Assembly (NCBI GenBank): GCA_963669175.1
Contig: OY769902.1
Coordinates: 2,688,001-2,752,000, forward strand
Length of the DNA stretch: 64,000 nucleotides
From: a bacterium
GTDB lineage: Bacteria > Electryoneota > Electryoneia > Electryoneales > Electryoneaceae
Direction: 5' to 3'
A program made the position numbers and the translations under genes. Positions 9,926 through 22,609 of this stretch are shown in pieces (within the stretch, counting starts at the first letter, position 1; each line of letters begins with the position of its first letter). The notes under the pieces were generated by a model that saw only the letters and a list, made by a program, of their open reading frames with translations, did not search any database and was not told the DNA's origin.

Positions 9926-10802
9926 GGGGGGGCTGGGCAAAGGGTTGTCCGCATTGATTCCGAACGCGGATGAAAGTGATCTGAGCATCAATTCATCGCT
10001 GGAAATCGAACTGGCCTTGATCGAGCCGAGGCGTGATCAGCCGCGAATCCGGTTTGATCCGGAAGCGCAGGCGGACCTGGTGCAATCCATCCGTACACAG
10101 GGCGTATTGCAGCCGCTGCTGGTCACACCACGTGGCGACAAATACATCCTCGTTGCCGGGGAACGGCGCTATCGTGCGTCACGAGCGGCCGGATTGTACA
10201 CCGTGCCCTGCCGTGTGCTGGATGAGTTGGATGATCAGCAGCTCCTGGAAATCAGCCTTGTCGAAAATGTTCAGCGTGAAGACCTGAACCCTATCGAACT
10301 GGCAATGGGCTATCGTCGGATGATCGAAGACCTGGGCATGACGCAGCAGCAGGTGGCGGATCGTGTGGGGAAGGATCGTGTCACAATCGCCAACATGCTG
10401 CGCCTGCTGAAACTGCCGGAACCGATCCTGAACATGGTGCTGGACGGTGAACTGACCGGCGGGCATGCACGTGCGCTATTGATGCTGAAAAGCGATGCGG
10501 ACCGGGTGGCATGGGCGAAGAAAAGCGTTGAACAATCACTTTCCGTGCGCGATGTGGAGCATGCCGCGCAGGTTGCCGAGAAGAAAGTCAAACCCGCTCC
10601 GAACCCGAAAAAGACTCCGCAACAGGCCTCGCAGGATGTCCATGCCAGTGATGTCGCACGTCAGCTCGAAGAGAAGTTGGGCATGTCTGTCGATGTGAAG
10701 CACAAGGGACCGGGCGGGAAAGTGATTCTGCATTACAATGACCTGGACGATCTGGATGAACTGATAGCCAATCTTACCATGGGGAGTCCTCCTGTCGAGT
10801 AA
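9915..10802 (+). CDS. parB: Chromosome partitioning protein ParB/Spo0J
   Basis: GLGKGLSALI, AGERRYRA, ENVQREDLNPIE, HTH, GHARAL; overlaps the parA stop. Confidence 0.97.
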   Translation: MARKGGLGKGLSALIPNADESDLSINSSLEIELALIEPRRDQPRIRFDPEAQADLVQSIRTQGVLQPLLVTPRGDKYILVAGERRYRASRAAGLYTVPCRVLDELDDQQLLEISLVENVQREDLNPIELAMGYRRMIEDLGMTQQQVADRVGKDRVTIANMLRLLKLPEPILNMVLDGELTGGHARALLMLKSDADRVAWAKKSVEQSLSVRDVEHAAQVAEKKVKPAPNPKKTPQQASQDVHASDVARQLEEKLGMSVDVKHKGPGGKVILHYNDLDDLDELIANLTMGSPPVE

Positions 10803-10805
10803 GCT

Positions 10806-13355
10806 ATGAATGTACGCCGGACGGCCGAACAGGGATTTCACGCGGCGCTTCGCCGGACGGCGGATGCGGACGCGGCCGTACGCGCTATCATGAGACCCTA
10901 CCAATCTCATTGTGAAGGACTGATCATACTCGCGACCGGCGGGTATGGTCGCGGTGACAATTCTCTCCGAAGCGACCTCGACCTCATCTTTCTAACCGAC
11001 GATGATTCTGACCGTTACGCTGAATCCTTGCGGAAACTGGTGCAGTCCTTATGGGATCATGGCTGGACGCCGGGGCAGACGCTTTTCTCCCTGAACGAAC
11101 TGGATAAAGAGCTGCTGACTGTCCCGGATCGGGCGTCCGCGTTGCTGGAATCACGCAAGGTATGGGGTGATCCCAAGGTCGCGGATAAAATGGACCTGAA
11201 GCTGAACTCGACCATGAGCCGGAAGGTCTGGACCCGTTTTGTCGAAGAAAAACACATCGAGTATGTCTTCCGACGCAGGAAGTTCGGCGAATCCGTGCGG
11301 GTGATCGAGCCGGACTTGAAAGCACAGGCAGGCGGCCTGCGAGATCTGCACCATGTCTTCTGGATCGAACGGGCTCGCATGGCTCGTGAGAATGGCTGGC
11401 GGGTGCAACGCAGGCGATACGCATCAATCCCACCATTTCTGAACCGTCTGGCCAACGAGAAGCACCTGACACAACCTGAAGCGGAAGACCTGACCAATGC
11501 TTATGGTGTACTGCTGTATGTTCGTGAGAACCTGCGTGAAGTAGCGATTCGATCCGACAACCAGTTAACCGTGGAACTTCAGCCAAAGGTCGGGCTCAGG
11601 CTTGGCATCAGCGGTGACGACCAGCAGGTGATGCGAACCCTGATGCGCCAGGTTTACTGGGCAATGGAGAAGCTGGCGCGGTTTTCCGAAGAGTTCGGAA
11701 CTGTACTGAGCGATGTAACCGGGCATGGGATTCCGCAACGCAAACCCCTGATTGAGATCCAAAGCGCTTCAGAAGTATCCGGTCTGATTTACATGGAGGA
11801 AGACGGGCCGGAAAAGGCTGCGTCGTCACCGGAGAACCTGTTGGGGCTTGTCGATGCCTGCATGGAGATGGAAGCTTCCCTGTCCGGAAGCGTACGTCAC
11901 AGGCTGCGTCGTGAAGTGAATCGTAATTATTCACATGAACACAATCCGAAAAAGTGGGCTGGAGCGTTGGCCGACTGGTTCAAACTGTCTGATGGTGTCG
12001 GAAGACGCCTGCGCAGGTTGTCCGAACTTGATGCGATTGAGCCCTGGCTGCAGGAATGGCGTGAAGTAAACGGTCTTTCAACGGGCAGCTTTTATCATAC
12101 CTATACGGTGGATGAACACACCCTGCGTGCTTTGGAAGAGCTGGACCGTCTGCCGAACAAAAGCCTGGAAGGGCTGGCCGGGACACTCTGGCAGGGATTC
12201 GCAAAGAAGGAATGGGTTTACCTGGCGATATTGCTGCATGATATCGCCAAGGGGCGTCCCGGGGATCATGGCTTGCTTGGCGCTGAAGTGGCAGAAGAGG
12301 CCATGCAGCGCTTGGGGTGGGATCACCTTGCTGAACCTGTCGCCCACCTCGTTCGTATCCACTTGAAAATGGAACAGACCGCGTTTCGTCGAGATCCGAC
12401 TGATTCGACCGTATTACAGGATTTTGCCGAGCTGGTCGGTGATGAGAACATGCTGGTTGCGCTTTATCTCCTGACAGTATGCGATCTTCGTGCGGTTCGA
12501 AACGGAGTCTGGACAGCCTGGAAGGGACGTTTGCTGGCAGAGCTTTACCTCGCCACACGTCAGTGGATGTTGATCGGGCGGGAACGTGTCATCTCGGTAA
12601 AAGACGAAGCGCAAATCCTGGTTCCGGATTCGCAGGAGAATGAAGCGGCGCGTCGTCATGCGGAAGAGTTTCTCGAAGACATGCGTAGCGAGTACCGCCA
12701 GGTTGTCCCGGCAGATGAAATTGCGAACCATCTTGAAGCGCGCGATGAAATACGTTCGGGACGAGAGAAATTCCGTTGGCTGATCGATCCGGAGAAGGAT
12801 TTTATCGTTCTGGCGCTGGTTACCAAAGACCGATTGAGGTTGGTTGCGGATGTGGCAGGCCTGCTGGTCTCACAGGGGATCGGCATTCGTGAGGCGCGCC
12901 TGTTCACCGGGAAAGACGGGATCGTTATTGACCGTTTCCGCGCAGAGGATATTGAACCGGATGGCATTCCGCTCGAAGAACGCTTGCGTCGTATCCCGGA
13001 GTATTGGGGTAAAATGGAACGCAAGGAAACCTCCATCAAACGCCTGATGGAGAGCTATACCCGGCGCAGCAGAAGAAGACGTCCCCCGGCGGCTGTGGTG
13101 GAAAGCGAGATCAACCTGGCATCAGCTCAAAAGGGCTGGTTTATTGATGTGTCGGCCTCCAACAGTATCGGCCTCCTGTATCGTCTATGTACGGCTATCA
13201 GCGAGTTCGGACTGGATATTCACGCTGCTCGTGTTACCACCCGTCTGGATGGTATTCATGATGCGTTCCTGGTTCGTGATCCTGCGAAAAAGCTGGAGGC
13301 GGAAGAAGGGCGCGACTTGTTGATGCGTAACCTGAAAAAGGCAGTTCATGAATAG
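10806..13355 (+). CDS. glnD: GlnD-like PII uridylyltransferase/uridylyl-removing enzyme (NTase + HD + 2 ACT)
   Basis: GGYGRG...SDLDL, EPDLK..GGLRDLH, YHTYTVDEHTL, LLHDIAKG and two C-terminal ACT-like domains. Confidence 0.82.
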   Translation: MNVRRTAEQGFHAALRRTADADAAVRAIMRPYQSHCEGLIILATGGYGRGDNSLRSDLDLIFLTDDDSDRYAESLRKLVQSLWDHGWTPGQTLFSLNELDKELLTVPDRASALLESRKVWGDPKVADKMDLKLNSTMSRKVWTRFVEEKHIEYVFRRRKFGESVRVIEPDLKAQAGGLRDLHHVFWIERARMARENGWRVQRRRYASIPPFLNRLANEKHLTQPEAEDLTNAYGVLLYVRENLREVAIRSDNQLTVELQPKVGLRLGISGDDQQVMRTLMRQVYWAMEKLARFSEEFGTVLSDVTGHGIPQRKPLIEIQSASEVSGLIYMEEDGPEKAASSPENLLGLVDACMEMEASLSGSVRHRLRREVNRNYSHEHNPKKWAGALADWFKLSDGVGRRLRRLSELDAIEPWLQEWREVNGLSTGSFYHTYTVDEHTLRALEELDRLPNKSLEGLAGTLWQGFAKKEWVYLAILLHDIAKGRPGDHGLLGAEVAEEAMQRLGWDHLAEPVAHLVRIHLKMEQTAFRRDPTDSTVLQDFAELVGDENMLVALYLLTVCDLRAVRNGVWTAWKGRLLAELYLATRQWMLIGRERVISVKDEAQILVPDSQENEAARRHAEEFLEDMRSEYRQVVPADEIANHLEARDEIRSGREKFRWLIDPEKDFIVLALVTKDRLRLVADVAGLLVSQGIGIREARLFTGKDGIVIDRFRAEDIEPDGIPLEERLRRIPEYWGKMERKETSIKRLMESYTRRSRRRRPPAAVVESEINLASAQKGWFIDVSASNSIGLLYRLCTAISEFGLDIHAARVTTRLDGIHDAFLVRDPAKKLEAEEGRDLLMRNLKKAVHE

Positions 13356-13965
13356 GGCGGCGTACATATCGGTTCGCCGTTTGGCCCTGTTGTTGCTGCT
13401 CACGGCTTTCCTGGCCGGGTGCGCAGGACTGAAACCTGATCCGGCTTACAATCGTACTCGCCCCAATGGAAAAAAATCGACTCCTTCCCAGGACAGAAGC
13501 GGTTCAGCAAGCGACAGAAAAACCACACCGGCGACACCCGGAGGGAGCGGGCATCAGGGATCGTCTGCAACTGCCAACAAAACATCAGGGCCATACGCGC
13601 AGGACAAACTGACCCGCGAAATTGATACCTGGTGGGGCTCACCTTATCGCTGGGGCGGCAACACTCGTGGTGGAGTGGATTGCAGCGGGTATACGGTCGC
13701 GTTGATGAAGAATGTGTACGGGGTCACCATCCCACGCACCTCCTCGCTTCAGTACAAGTCCGGCGTAGCTGTTTCCAAGGGGAACCTGCGGCGGGGCGAC
13801 CTTGTCTTTTTTAATACGAACGGACGTGGTGTATCGCATGTCGGGGTGTACCTGGGCGCTGGGAAGTTTACCCATGTGTCCAACTCGGACGGCGTCACTA
13901 TTGATGATCTGGACAGTCCTTATTACAAGAAACGGTATGTCGGGGCGAGGAGGGTATTAAAGTAA
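13348..13965 (+). CDS. NlpC/P60 (C40) lipoprotein peptidoglycan endopeptidase
   Basis: Lipobox LAGC; PYRWGG, GVDCSG, GDLVFF, SHVGVYLG. Confidence 0.93.
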   Translation: MNRAAYISVRRLALLLLLTAFLAGCAGLKPDPAYNRTRPNGKKSTPSQDRSGSASDRKTTPATPGGSGHQGSSATANKTSGPYAQDKLTREIDTWWGSPYRWGGNTRGGVDCSGYTVALMKNVYGVTIPRTSSLQYKSGVAVSKGNLRRGDLVFFNTNGRGVSHVGVYLGAGKFTHVSNSDGVTIDDLDSPYYKKRYVGARRVLK

Positions 13966-14025
13966 AGAAGGTAAAGAAGGTAAAAAAGGTAAAAAAAAGT
14001 AAAGAAAGTAAAGAAGGTAATGAAA
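13962..14025. repeat. Degenerate 9-bp tandem repeat (GTAAAGAAG), about 7 copies
   Basis: Read directly from the sequence. Confidence 0.85.
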
Positions 14026-14049
14026 GTAGCCTGGCCATGCCTGGCCGGG
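14026..14049 (+). repeat. GTAG-tagged REP-like palindrome
   Basis: GTAG-CCTGGCCA-TGCC-TGGCCGGG. Confidence 0.55.
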
Positions 14050-14054
14050 AGTTA

Positions 14055-14118
14055 TAAAGTTGTAAAGTTGTAAAGTTGTAAAGTTGTAAAGTTGTAAAGT
14101 TGTAAAGTTGTAAAGTTG
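14055..14118. repeat. Perfect 8-bp tandem repeat (TAAAGTTG) x8
   Basis: Counted directly. Confidence 0.95.
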
Positions 14119-14214
14119 TTTTGAGCTAAACTATAAAGATAAGTGTTTATCTGTTTGATATACTAAGATTAACAAGAAAAATTTTGTATTTTTGAATTAT
14201 CATTAAAGAAAGGT

Positions 14215-16500
<2,286 letters not shown>

Positions 16501-16530
16501 AGACACCAGGTACTTTCCTTTATATGGCTG

Positions 16531-16700
16531 GTGTCAGGTCACACGCCGCTTCGCGTCGCAAGACCTGACACAACGTGTCGGCAAGACCTGACACAACTTG
16601 CAGGTAGATCTGACACAACATGACGGCAAGAGCTGATATTGCTGGATTTAAATGTTCCGTCAGATCTTGCGCACACGTTTTTCGTGCGTGTGACCTGACG
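16531..16700. repeat. AGACCTGAC motif cluster (22-23 bp period plus inverted copies)
   Basis: Direct copies at 16561, 16584, 16606 and 16629; inverted copies at about 16532 and 16658. Confidence 0.65.
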
Positions 16701-16791
16701 GCTGCGATGCAAGTGGGAGTATCAGCACAGCGATTGCGAGTTTCAGCAAAAAGTTCTACTACAACCATAAACGAAGTGAAGAGGTAGAGTT

Positions 16792-17358
16792 ATGGCCAAT
16801 ACGGCCGATTTCCGCAACGGCATGGTCATCCGTTTCAGTGGTGATCCGTTTATTATCGTAGAGTTTCAGCATGTGAAGCCCGGTAAGGGCGGCGCGTTTG
16901 TACGCACCAAGCTGAAGAACATCGTAACCGGTCGCGTTATTGACAATACCTTCCGCGCTGGTGAAAAGGTGGAAGAAGTGCGTGTAGTCGCACGTCAAAT
17001 GCAGTACCTGTACCAGGAAGGCGACAATTATGTCTTCATGGAAGGGGAAACCTACGAACAGTTTTACCTGGACCGCGAGATGCTGGGTGATGATGTCATC
17101 AAGTATCTGAAAGATGGTGAAGAGTACAAGGTTCTTTTCGAAGGCGATACTCCGCTGATCGTAGAAGTGCCATTCTTCATGGTCCTGGAAGTAACTGAGA
17201 CCGAGCCGGGCGTAAAGGGAGATACCGTCTCCAACACCACCAAGCCGGCCACCCTGGAAACAGGAGCGGTTGTGCAGGTGCCGTTGTTTGTGGATGTGGG
17301 TGAGTTCATCAAGGTTGATACCCGCACTGATGAGTATCTCGAACGGGTGAAGAAGTAA
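16792..17358 (+). CDS. efp: Elongation factor P
   Basis: [35 protein letters not shown]. Confidence 0.97.
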   Translation: MANTADFRNGMVIRFSGDPFIIVEFQHVKPGKGGAFVRTKLKNIVTGRVIDNTFRAGEKVEEVRVVARQMQYLYQEGDNYVFMEGETYEQFYLDREMLGDDVIKYLKDGEEYKVLFEGDTPLIVEVPFFMVLEVTETEPGVKGDTVSNTTKPATLETGAVVQVPLFVDVGEFIKVDTRTDEYLERVKK

Positions 17359-17395
17359 ACCCGTATTTAACACAGCACATCACAGGGAGTACTTC

Positions 17396-17872
17396 ATGGA
17401 TTGGTCAGAAGTACGGAAACTGGTAAAGCTGGTGGAAGCCAGCGAGATCCAGGAACTGGAGCTTGAGAAGGAAGGGACCAGGCTCCGTATCCTGAAGCCG
17501 CAGCCGAAAATTGTTGAAATTCAGCAGGTAGCTGCTCCGGCCACGGTCACCATTCCTGCCCAGCCCGCAGCGCCCGTACAGGCTGCACTGGCAGCGGAAA
17601 CGGTAGTGGAGAAGAAGGAAACAGCTCAATATCACGAAGTAAAATCGCCGATGGTCGGGACATTTTACCGTGCCCCGTCCCCCGATGCCGATCCTTATGT
17701 ACAGGTTGGTGACAAGGTGAAACAGGGGCAAACCCTGTGCATCGTGGAAGCGATGAAGCTGATGAACGAGATCGAGGCGGATGCGACCGGTACCGTTGTT
17801 GACATTCTCTGCGAGAATGAGGAACCGGTAGAGTTCGGCCAGGTAATGTTCCTAATCGACCCAAAGGCATAA
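17396..17872 (+). CDS. accB: Biotin carboxyl carrier protein
   Basis: SPMVGTFY and EAMKLMNEI biotinylation motif. Confidence 0.96.
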   Translation: MDWSEVRKLVKLVEASEIQELELEKEGTRLRILKPQPKIVEIQQVAAPATVTIPAQPAAPVQAALAAETVVEKKETAQYHEVKSPMVGTFYRAPSPDADPYVQVGDKVKQGQTLCIVEAMKLMNEIEADATGTVVDILCENEEPVEFGQVMFLIDPKA

Positions 17873-17873
17873 C

Positions 17874-19241
17874 GTGTTTTCCAAAATCCTGATAGCCAAT
17901 CGTGGGGAAATCGCGCTTCGTGTCATCCGGGCCTGCCAGGAGATGGGCATTAAATCCGTAGCTGTTTACAGTGAAGCGGATGCCGATGCCCTGCATGTCA
18001 AGTTCGCGGACCAGGCGGTCTGTATCGGACGTGCGCCTTCCAACCAGAGTTACCTGGATTACCGGAGAATCATATCCGCCGCCGAGATTACCGGTGCGGA
18101 TGCTATTCATCCCGGGTATGGTTTCCTGGCGGAAAACGCTGAATTCGCAGAAATCTGCGATGAAAGCAATTTTGTCTTCATTGGCCCATCTCCGGATGCG
18201 ATCAGCCGCATGGGCGATAAATCCCTGGCGCGCACGACCATGACCAATGCCGGGGTGCCGATTACGCCTGGAAGTGATGGTGCGATCACGTCGCTGGAGC
18301 ATGCACGCAAGCTGGCCGAGGAAATTGGTTACCCGGTGATCCTGAAGGCCAGCGCCGGTGGCGGCGGACGTGGGATGAGAATCGCACGCAGCGAAGACGC
18401 CCTGGAATCCAGCTACGAAATGGCCCGTGCCGAAGCGGAAGCCGCCTTCTCCAATCCCGAAGTGTACATGGAGAAGTACATCCTTCAGCCTCGCCATGTG
18501 GAAATCCAGATCATGGCGGACCAGCATGGCAACGTGGTCCATTTCGGGGAACGTGATTGCTCGATTCAGCGTCGGCACCAGAAGTTGATCGAAGAGAGTC
18601 CTTCACCGGCTGTGACGCCTGAGATCCGCAAAGCGATGGGTGATGCTGCTGCGAAAGCGGCGCTTGGTGTCAACTATGTCGGCGCCGGAACAGTAGAATT
18701 CCTGCTGGACAAGAGTGGCGAATTCTACTTCATGGAGATGAATACACGAATTCAGGTAGAGCACCCGGTCACTGAAATGGTTACCGGAACTGACCTGATC
18801 CGTGAGCAGATCCGAGTTGCGGCAGGCGAAAAGCTTTCCTACAAGCAGAAAGATATCAAAGTTCGCGGGCATGCGATTGAGTGCCGTATCAATGCGGAAA
18901 ATCCGGATAAAAACTTCCTGCCGGCTCCTGGACAGATTGAGAGCTACCATGTTCCCGGCGGGTTTGGAGTCCGAGTTGACAGCCATGCTTACCAGGGATA
19001 TCGCATACCGCCGCATTATGACTCCCTGATCGCAAAACTGGTGGTTCACGATGAGGATCGTGAAAAAGCGATCAGAAAAATGCGCTGGGCATTGCAAGAG
19101 TTTATTATTGAAGGTGTTCCGACAACGATTCCACTGCATTTGGCCTTGATGGACAGCGAGGAATTTAATTCCGGGGATGTCTCTACCATGTGGTTAGAGG
19201 GCTGGATGCCGAAGTATCTTGCAGGGAGAAGTAACAAGTAA
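17874..19241 (+). CDS. accC: Biotin carboxylase
   Basis: [47 protein letters not shown]. Confidence 0.97.
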   Translation: MFSKILIANRGEIALRVIRACQEMGIKSVAVYSEADADALHVKFADQAVCIGRAPSNQSYLDYRRIISAAEITGADAIHPGYGFLAENAEFAEICDESNFVFIGPSPDAISRMGDKSLARTTMTNAGVPITPGSDGAITSLEHARKLAEEIGYPVILKASAGGGGRGMRIARSEDALESSYEMARAEAEAAFSNPEVYMEKYILQPRHVEIQIMADQHGNVVHFGERDCSIQRRHQKLIEESPSPAVTPEIRKAMGDAAAKAALGVNYVGAGTVEFLLDKSGEFYFMEMNTRIQVEHPVTEMVTGTDLIREQIRVAAGEKLSYKQKDIKVRGHAIECRINAENPDKNFLPAPGQIESYHVPGGFGVRVDSHAYQGYRIPPHYDSLIAKLVVHDEDREKAIRKMRWALQEFIIEGVPTTIPLHLALMDSEEFNSGDVSTMWLEGWMPKYLAGRSNK

Positions 19242-19294
19242 AACTGGAGTCTCGGACAAAGGGACCATTTTTCTTTGTGTGAAGGGAGACGATC

Positions 19295-19675
19295 ATGGCC
19301 GATGTACCAAACAACCTGAAGTATACCGAAGATCATGAATGGGTGAAGCTCGATGGCGATATCGCCACGATTGGGATTACGGATTACGCACAGGGTGAAC
19401 TGGGTGACGTGGTATTCCTCGAACTGCCGGAAGTAGACGAAGAATTCGGCCAGGGCGATACCATGGGCTCAATTGAAGCGGTAAAGACTGTGGCGGACGT
19501 ATACGCGCCGATCTCCGGCAAGGTTATCGAGATCAACGAGAAGCTCGATGACGCTCCGGAAACAGTCAACCAGGATCCTTACGGTGAAGGCTGGTTTGTC
19601 AAGGTCCAGGTTTCGGACAAGACCGAACTTGACGGCCTGATGGACGCCGAAGCTTACGGGCAGCACATCGCATAA
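19295..19675 (+). CDS. gcvH: Glycine cleavage system H protein
   Basis: HEWV, GITDYAQ..LGDVVF, lipoyl Lys in EAVKT, DPYGEGW. Confidence 0.97.
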   Translation: MADVPNNLKYTEDHEWVKLDGDIATIGITDYAQGELGDVVFLELPEVDEEFGQGDTMGSIEAVKTVADVYAPISGKVIEINEKLDDAPETVNQDPYGEGWFVKVQVSDKTELDGLMDAEAYGQHIA

Positions 19676-19680
19676 GTTTT

Positions 19681-19705
19681 AACCCGGAGGAAACTCCTCC
19701 GGGTT
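19681..19705. terminator. Hairpin between gcvH and gcvPA
   Basis: AACCCGGAGGA-AAC-TCCTCCGGGTT perfect stem with a weak U-tract. Confidence 0.55.
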
Positions 19706-19807
19706 GAATTTGGATCATCCGCAACGGGTTTAGAGTCGGCAAGGACTCTATAACCCGTTTTGGATACCAGAACAAACCCGGTACAAACGGGTCAGGAGCA
19801 CAGACCT

Positions 19808-21151
19808 ATGGCCTATGTGCCGCACACGGATGCCCAGATCGCCGAGATGCTGAAGGCGATCGGAGTTGAAAAGTTCGAAGATCTGATTCGGGCAATTCCG
19901 GAAGACATACGGTTGACCGAAGGATTGGATATGGCGGAAGGGTTGTCCGAGCTGGAAACCCGTACAGCCATGGATGTCCTGGCGAGCGCAAACCGTAGTG
20001 CAACAGACAGCATCAGTTTTCTCGGTGGTGGCAGTTACGACCACTTTATCCCGGCCGGTGTCAGCGCGTTGACATCACGCAGCGAATGGTACACCGCGTA
20101 TACGCCGTATCAGCCGGAAGTTTCGCAGGGAACCCTGCAGGCCATCTACGAATACCAGTCTGTCATCTGTGACATCACCGGTATGGATGTGGCCAACGCC
20201 AGTATTTATGATGGCGCTACAGCTTTGAACGAAGCGATGTTGCTGGGCCTTCGTTCGCAGCGCAAACGCACCCGTATTGTCGCTTCATTGGGGATTCACC
20301 CGCATTACCTGCAGGTGTTACGTACTTATGCGACGACGTCAGACATCAATCTCGAGTTCCTGCCCGTCGTGAAGGGACGTACGGAACCTGAAATGCTGAA
20401 GGACGCGTTGGGTGATGATGCGGCCGTGTTCCTGTTCGCGCAACCGAATTTCTTCGGCGTGCTTGAGGATGCAGAAACACTGACGCAGATCGCACACGAT
20501 GCCGGCGCAGTTGTGGGTGTCAGCATGTACCCGGTCAGCCTGGGCATGTTGAAAACTCCGCGCGAGTTCGGCGCTGATATCGTAACGGGTGAAGGGCAGT
20601 GCCTGGGTAACCCGATGGGCTTCGGTGGGCCGTACCTGGGTGTTTTCGCTACGACTACCAAGCTGATGCGTCAGATGCCGGGCCGTATCGCTGGCCAGAC
20701 CACGGATGTGGAAGGCAAACGCGGATTTGTGCTGACCCTGCAAACGCGTGAACAGCATATCCGTCGAGGCAAAGCAACGTCCAACATCTGCACCAACGAA
20801 GGTCTTAACGCCCTGACCGCCGTGATTCACATGGCGCTGATAGGCAAAGAGGGCTTCAAGCAGGTCGCGGAGCTGTGTTACCATAAGGCGCATTACCTGC
20901 ATGATCAGATCAAGGCGCTGGATGGGTATGCAATGGCGTACGATCATCCGTTCTTCAATGAATTTGTCGTGAAGACTCCAATTCCGGCCAGGGATGTGGT
21001 CAGCAAACTGGAAGCGAAGGGAATCTTCCCGGGCATCCGTTTGGACCGTTTCTTCCCGGAGATGGAGAATGACCTGTTGGTGGCAGTAACCGAGAAGCGT
21101 ACCAAACAGGATATGGACCGGCTGGTCGAGGAGCTTGCGGCCATCCGGTAA
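19808..21151 (+). CDS. gcvPA: Glycine dehydrogenase subunit 1
   Basis: YTAYTPYQPEVSQG, NASIYDGA, GFGGPYLG, LQTREQHIRR, TSNICTN; ATG at 19808 after AGGAG. Confidence 0.95.
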   Translation: MAYVPHTDAQIAEMLKAIGVEKFEDLIRAIPEDIRLTEGLDMAEGLSELETRTAMDVLASANRSATDSISFLGGGSYDHFIPAGVSALTSRSEWYTAYTPYQPEVSQGTLQAIYEYQSVICDITGMDVANASIYDGATALNEAMLLGLRSQRKRTRIVASLGIHPHYLQVLRTYATTSDINLEFLPVVKGRTEPEMLKDALGDDAAVFLFAQPNFFGVLEDAETLTQIAHDAGAVVGVSMYPVSLGMLKTPREFGADIVTGEGQCLGNPMGFGGPYLGVFATTTKLMRQMPGRIAGQTTDVEGKRGFVLTLQTREQHIRRGKATSNICTNEGLNALTAVIHMALIGKEGFKQVAELCYHKAHYLHDQIKALDGYAMAYDHPFFNEFVVKTPIPARDVVSKLEAKGIFPGIRLDRFFPEMENDLLVAVTEKRTKQDMDRLVEELAAIR

Positions 21152-21173
21152 ATTGCCGGATAAGGAGGCACGC

Positions 21174-21998
21174 ATGGAATTCCTGCTAGGCTTGGGTATC
21201 GTCCCGGTTATCATCGTGATCGGCATTCTTATGTCAGCGATCAGGGTGGTAAAGGAGTACGAACGTCTGGTTATCTTCAGACTGGGTCGTATCATCGGGG
21301 CAAAAGGACCGGGATTGGTATTTATCATACCGGTTATCGATCAGGTACGGCGTGTCTCGACCCGGATTCAGGTGATTGATGTTCAACCGCAGGACCTGCT
21401 GACCAAGGACAATGTGTCCGTGCAGGTCAATGCGGTTATTTATTTCCGGGTACTCGATCCGAACCGTGCCATTCTATCGGCGGAGAACTATTACCAGGCC
21501 ACGGTTCAGATTGCGCAGACCACGCTTCGTGCCGTGATCGGTGAGACTCAGTTGCAAACATTGCTGGACGACCTGACGCAGGTCAACAGCCGTTTGCAGG
21601 AGATCATTGATAAACACACCGATGCCTGGGGAGTGAAGGTTTCCACAGTTGAAATCAAGCATGTGGACCTGACCCATGAATTGAAGCGGGTGATGGCGGC
21701 GGAAGCAGAAGCGGAACGTGTCCGGAAAGCCAAGATTGTTGCGGCTGAAGGTGAGTTCCAGGCATCGCAGAAACTGTCGGAAGCTGCGGCGGTGATGTCA
21801 ACCAACCCAATGGCATTAACGCTTCGATACTTGCAGACGCTTGTCGAAGTGGCCGCTGAGAACAACTCGACTACCATTTTCCCGGTGCCGATTGACCTGT
21901 TCGAGGTGTTCATGAAAGCGAAGCAACAGGGCGGAGAAATGCCTGCTTCTGCGCCGGCAAATGCTCCTGCGGCAACACCTGAACCGAAAGAAGAGTAA
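21174..21998 (+). CDS. SPFH/band-7 (slipin/stomatin-like) membrane protein
   Basis: N-terminal TM; EYER.VIFRLG, TKDNV, AQTTLR, AEAER, LRYLQTL; RBS AGGAGG. Confidence 0.92.
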   Translation: MEFLLGLGIVPVIIVIGILMSAIRVVKEYERLVIFRLGRIIGAKGPGLVFIIPVIDQVRRVSTRIQVIDVQPQDLLTKDNVSVQVNAVIYFRVLDPNRAILSAENYYQATVQIAQTTLRAVIGETQLQTLLDDLTQVNSRLQEIIDKHTDAWGVKVSTVEIKHVDLTHELKRVMAAEAEAERVRKAKIVAAEGEFQASQKLSEAAAVMSTNPMALTLRYLQTLVEVAAENNSTTIFPVPIDLFEVFMKAKQQGGEMPASAPANAPAATPEPKEE

Positions 21999-22030
21999 GT
22001 CTCGGGGTACGATAGTATTGTGATTCTTCG

Positions 22031-22060
22031 ATCCTGTCTGGTATTTCCAGGCGGGATTTT
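22031..22060 (+). terminator. Rho-independent terminator
   Basis: ATCCTGTCTGG...CCAGGCGGGAT followed by a T run. Confidence 0.6.
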
Positions 22061-22073
22061 TCTCTCTTGTCTC

Positions 22074-22140
22074 ACGCAAAGACGCAAAGACGCAAAGACG
22101 CAAAGAAAGAAAAACATAAGAAAAGAAAAGAAAAGAAAAG
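22074..22140. repeat. (ACGCAAAG) x4 followed by an (AAAAG)n tract
   Basis: Counted directly. Confidence 0.85.
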
Positions 22141-22154
22141 AATAAGAAAGATAA

Positions 22155-22488
22155 AGGCTGCTCACAAGAATTTGTGCATATTATCGACGAGCACGTTTCG
22201 TCAGGTCTTGACGTGATGCCTTTTTCTTGTTCTTCTCCGCAATTTCAGACACCTGTCCGACTTCACAGCTGCTATTTCGCATGATAGATCGTCATCAGGC
22301 ATCACGTTGTGACCTGACGACAGCGAGAGTGCTGATACCGGTGGCAGGTCACAACGCGACAATAACAGGACGAGAGGTGGTTTCAGTATCATGTGCACTT
22401 AGAAATACATTGCGAAAGCCGAAAACGGAATGTCGCGTCAAGACCTGCCACAACTTTGCCCGGATGCACAAATTCTTGCGAGGAACCT
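22155..22488. mobile_element. MITE-like element with about 25-bp terminal inverted repeats
   Basis: Left AGGCTGCTCACAAGAATTTGTGCAT versus right reverse complement AGGTTCCTCGCAAGAATTTGTGCAT; no credible ORF inside. Confidence 0.7.
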
Positions 22489-22489
22489 A

Positions 22490-22526
22490 TTATCCTTAAC
22501 CATCCTGTTCATCCTGTGAATCCCTG
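22490..22526. repeat. ATCCT tract
   Basis: ATCC at 22492, 22502, 22511 and 22520. Confidence 0.65.
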
Positions 22527-22609
22527 TTGTTATTCTTGCAATTCCGTGAGGCAAAGAAAAAACCCGGACCTGACGACCCGGGTTGAATGTTCACAATTGC
22601 GAAATAGGA

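Noticed and set aside
8860-10900. parS site or oriC near parAB
   Set aside because: No TGTTTCACGTGAAACA-like palindrome or DnaA-box cluster was seen by eye.
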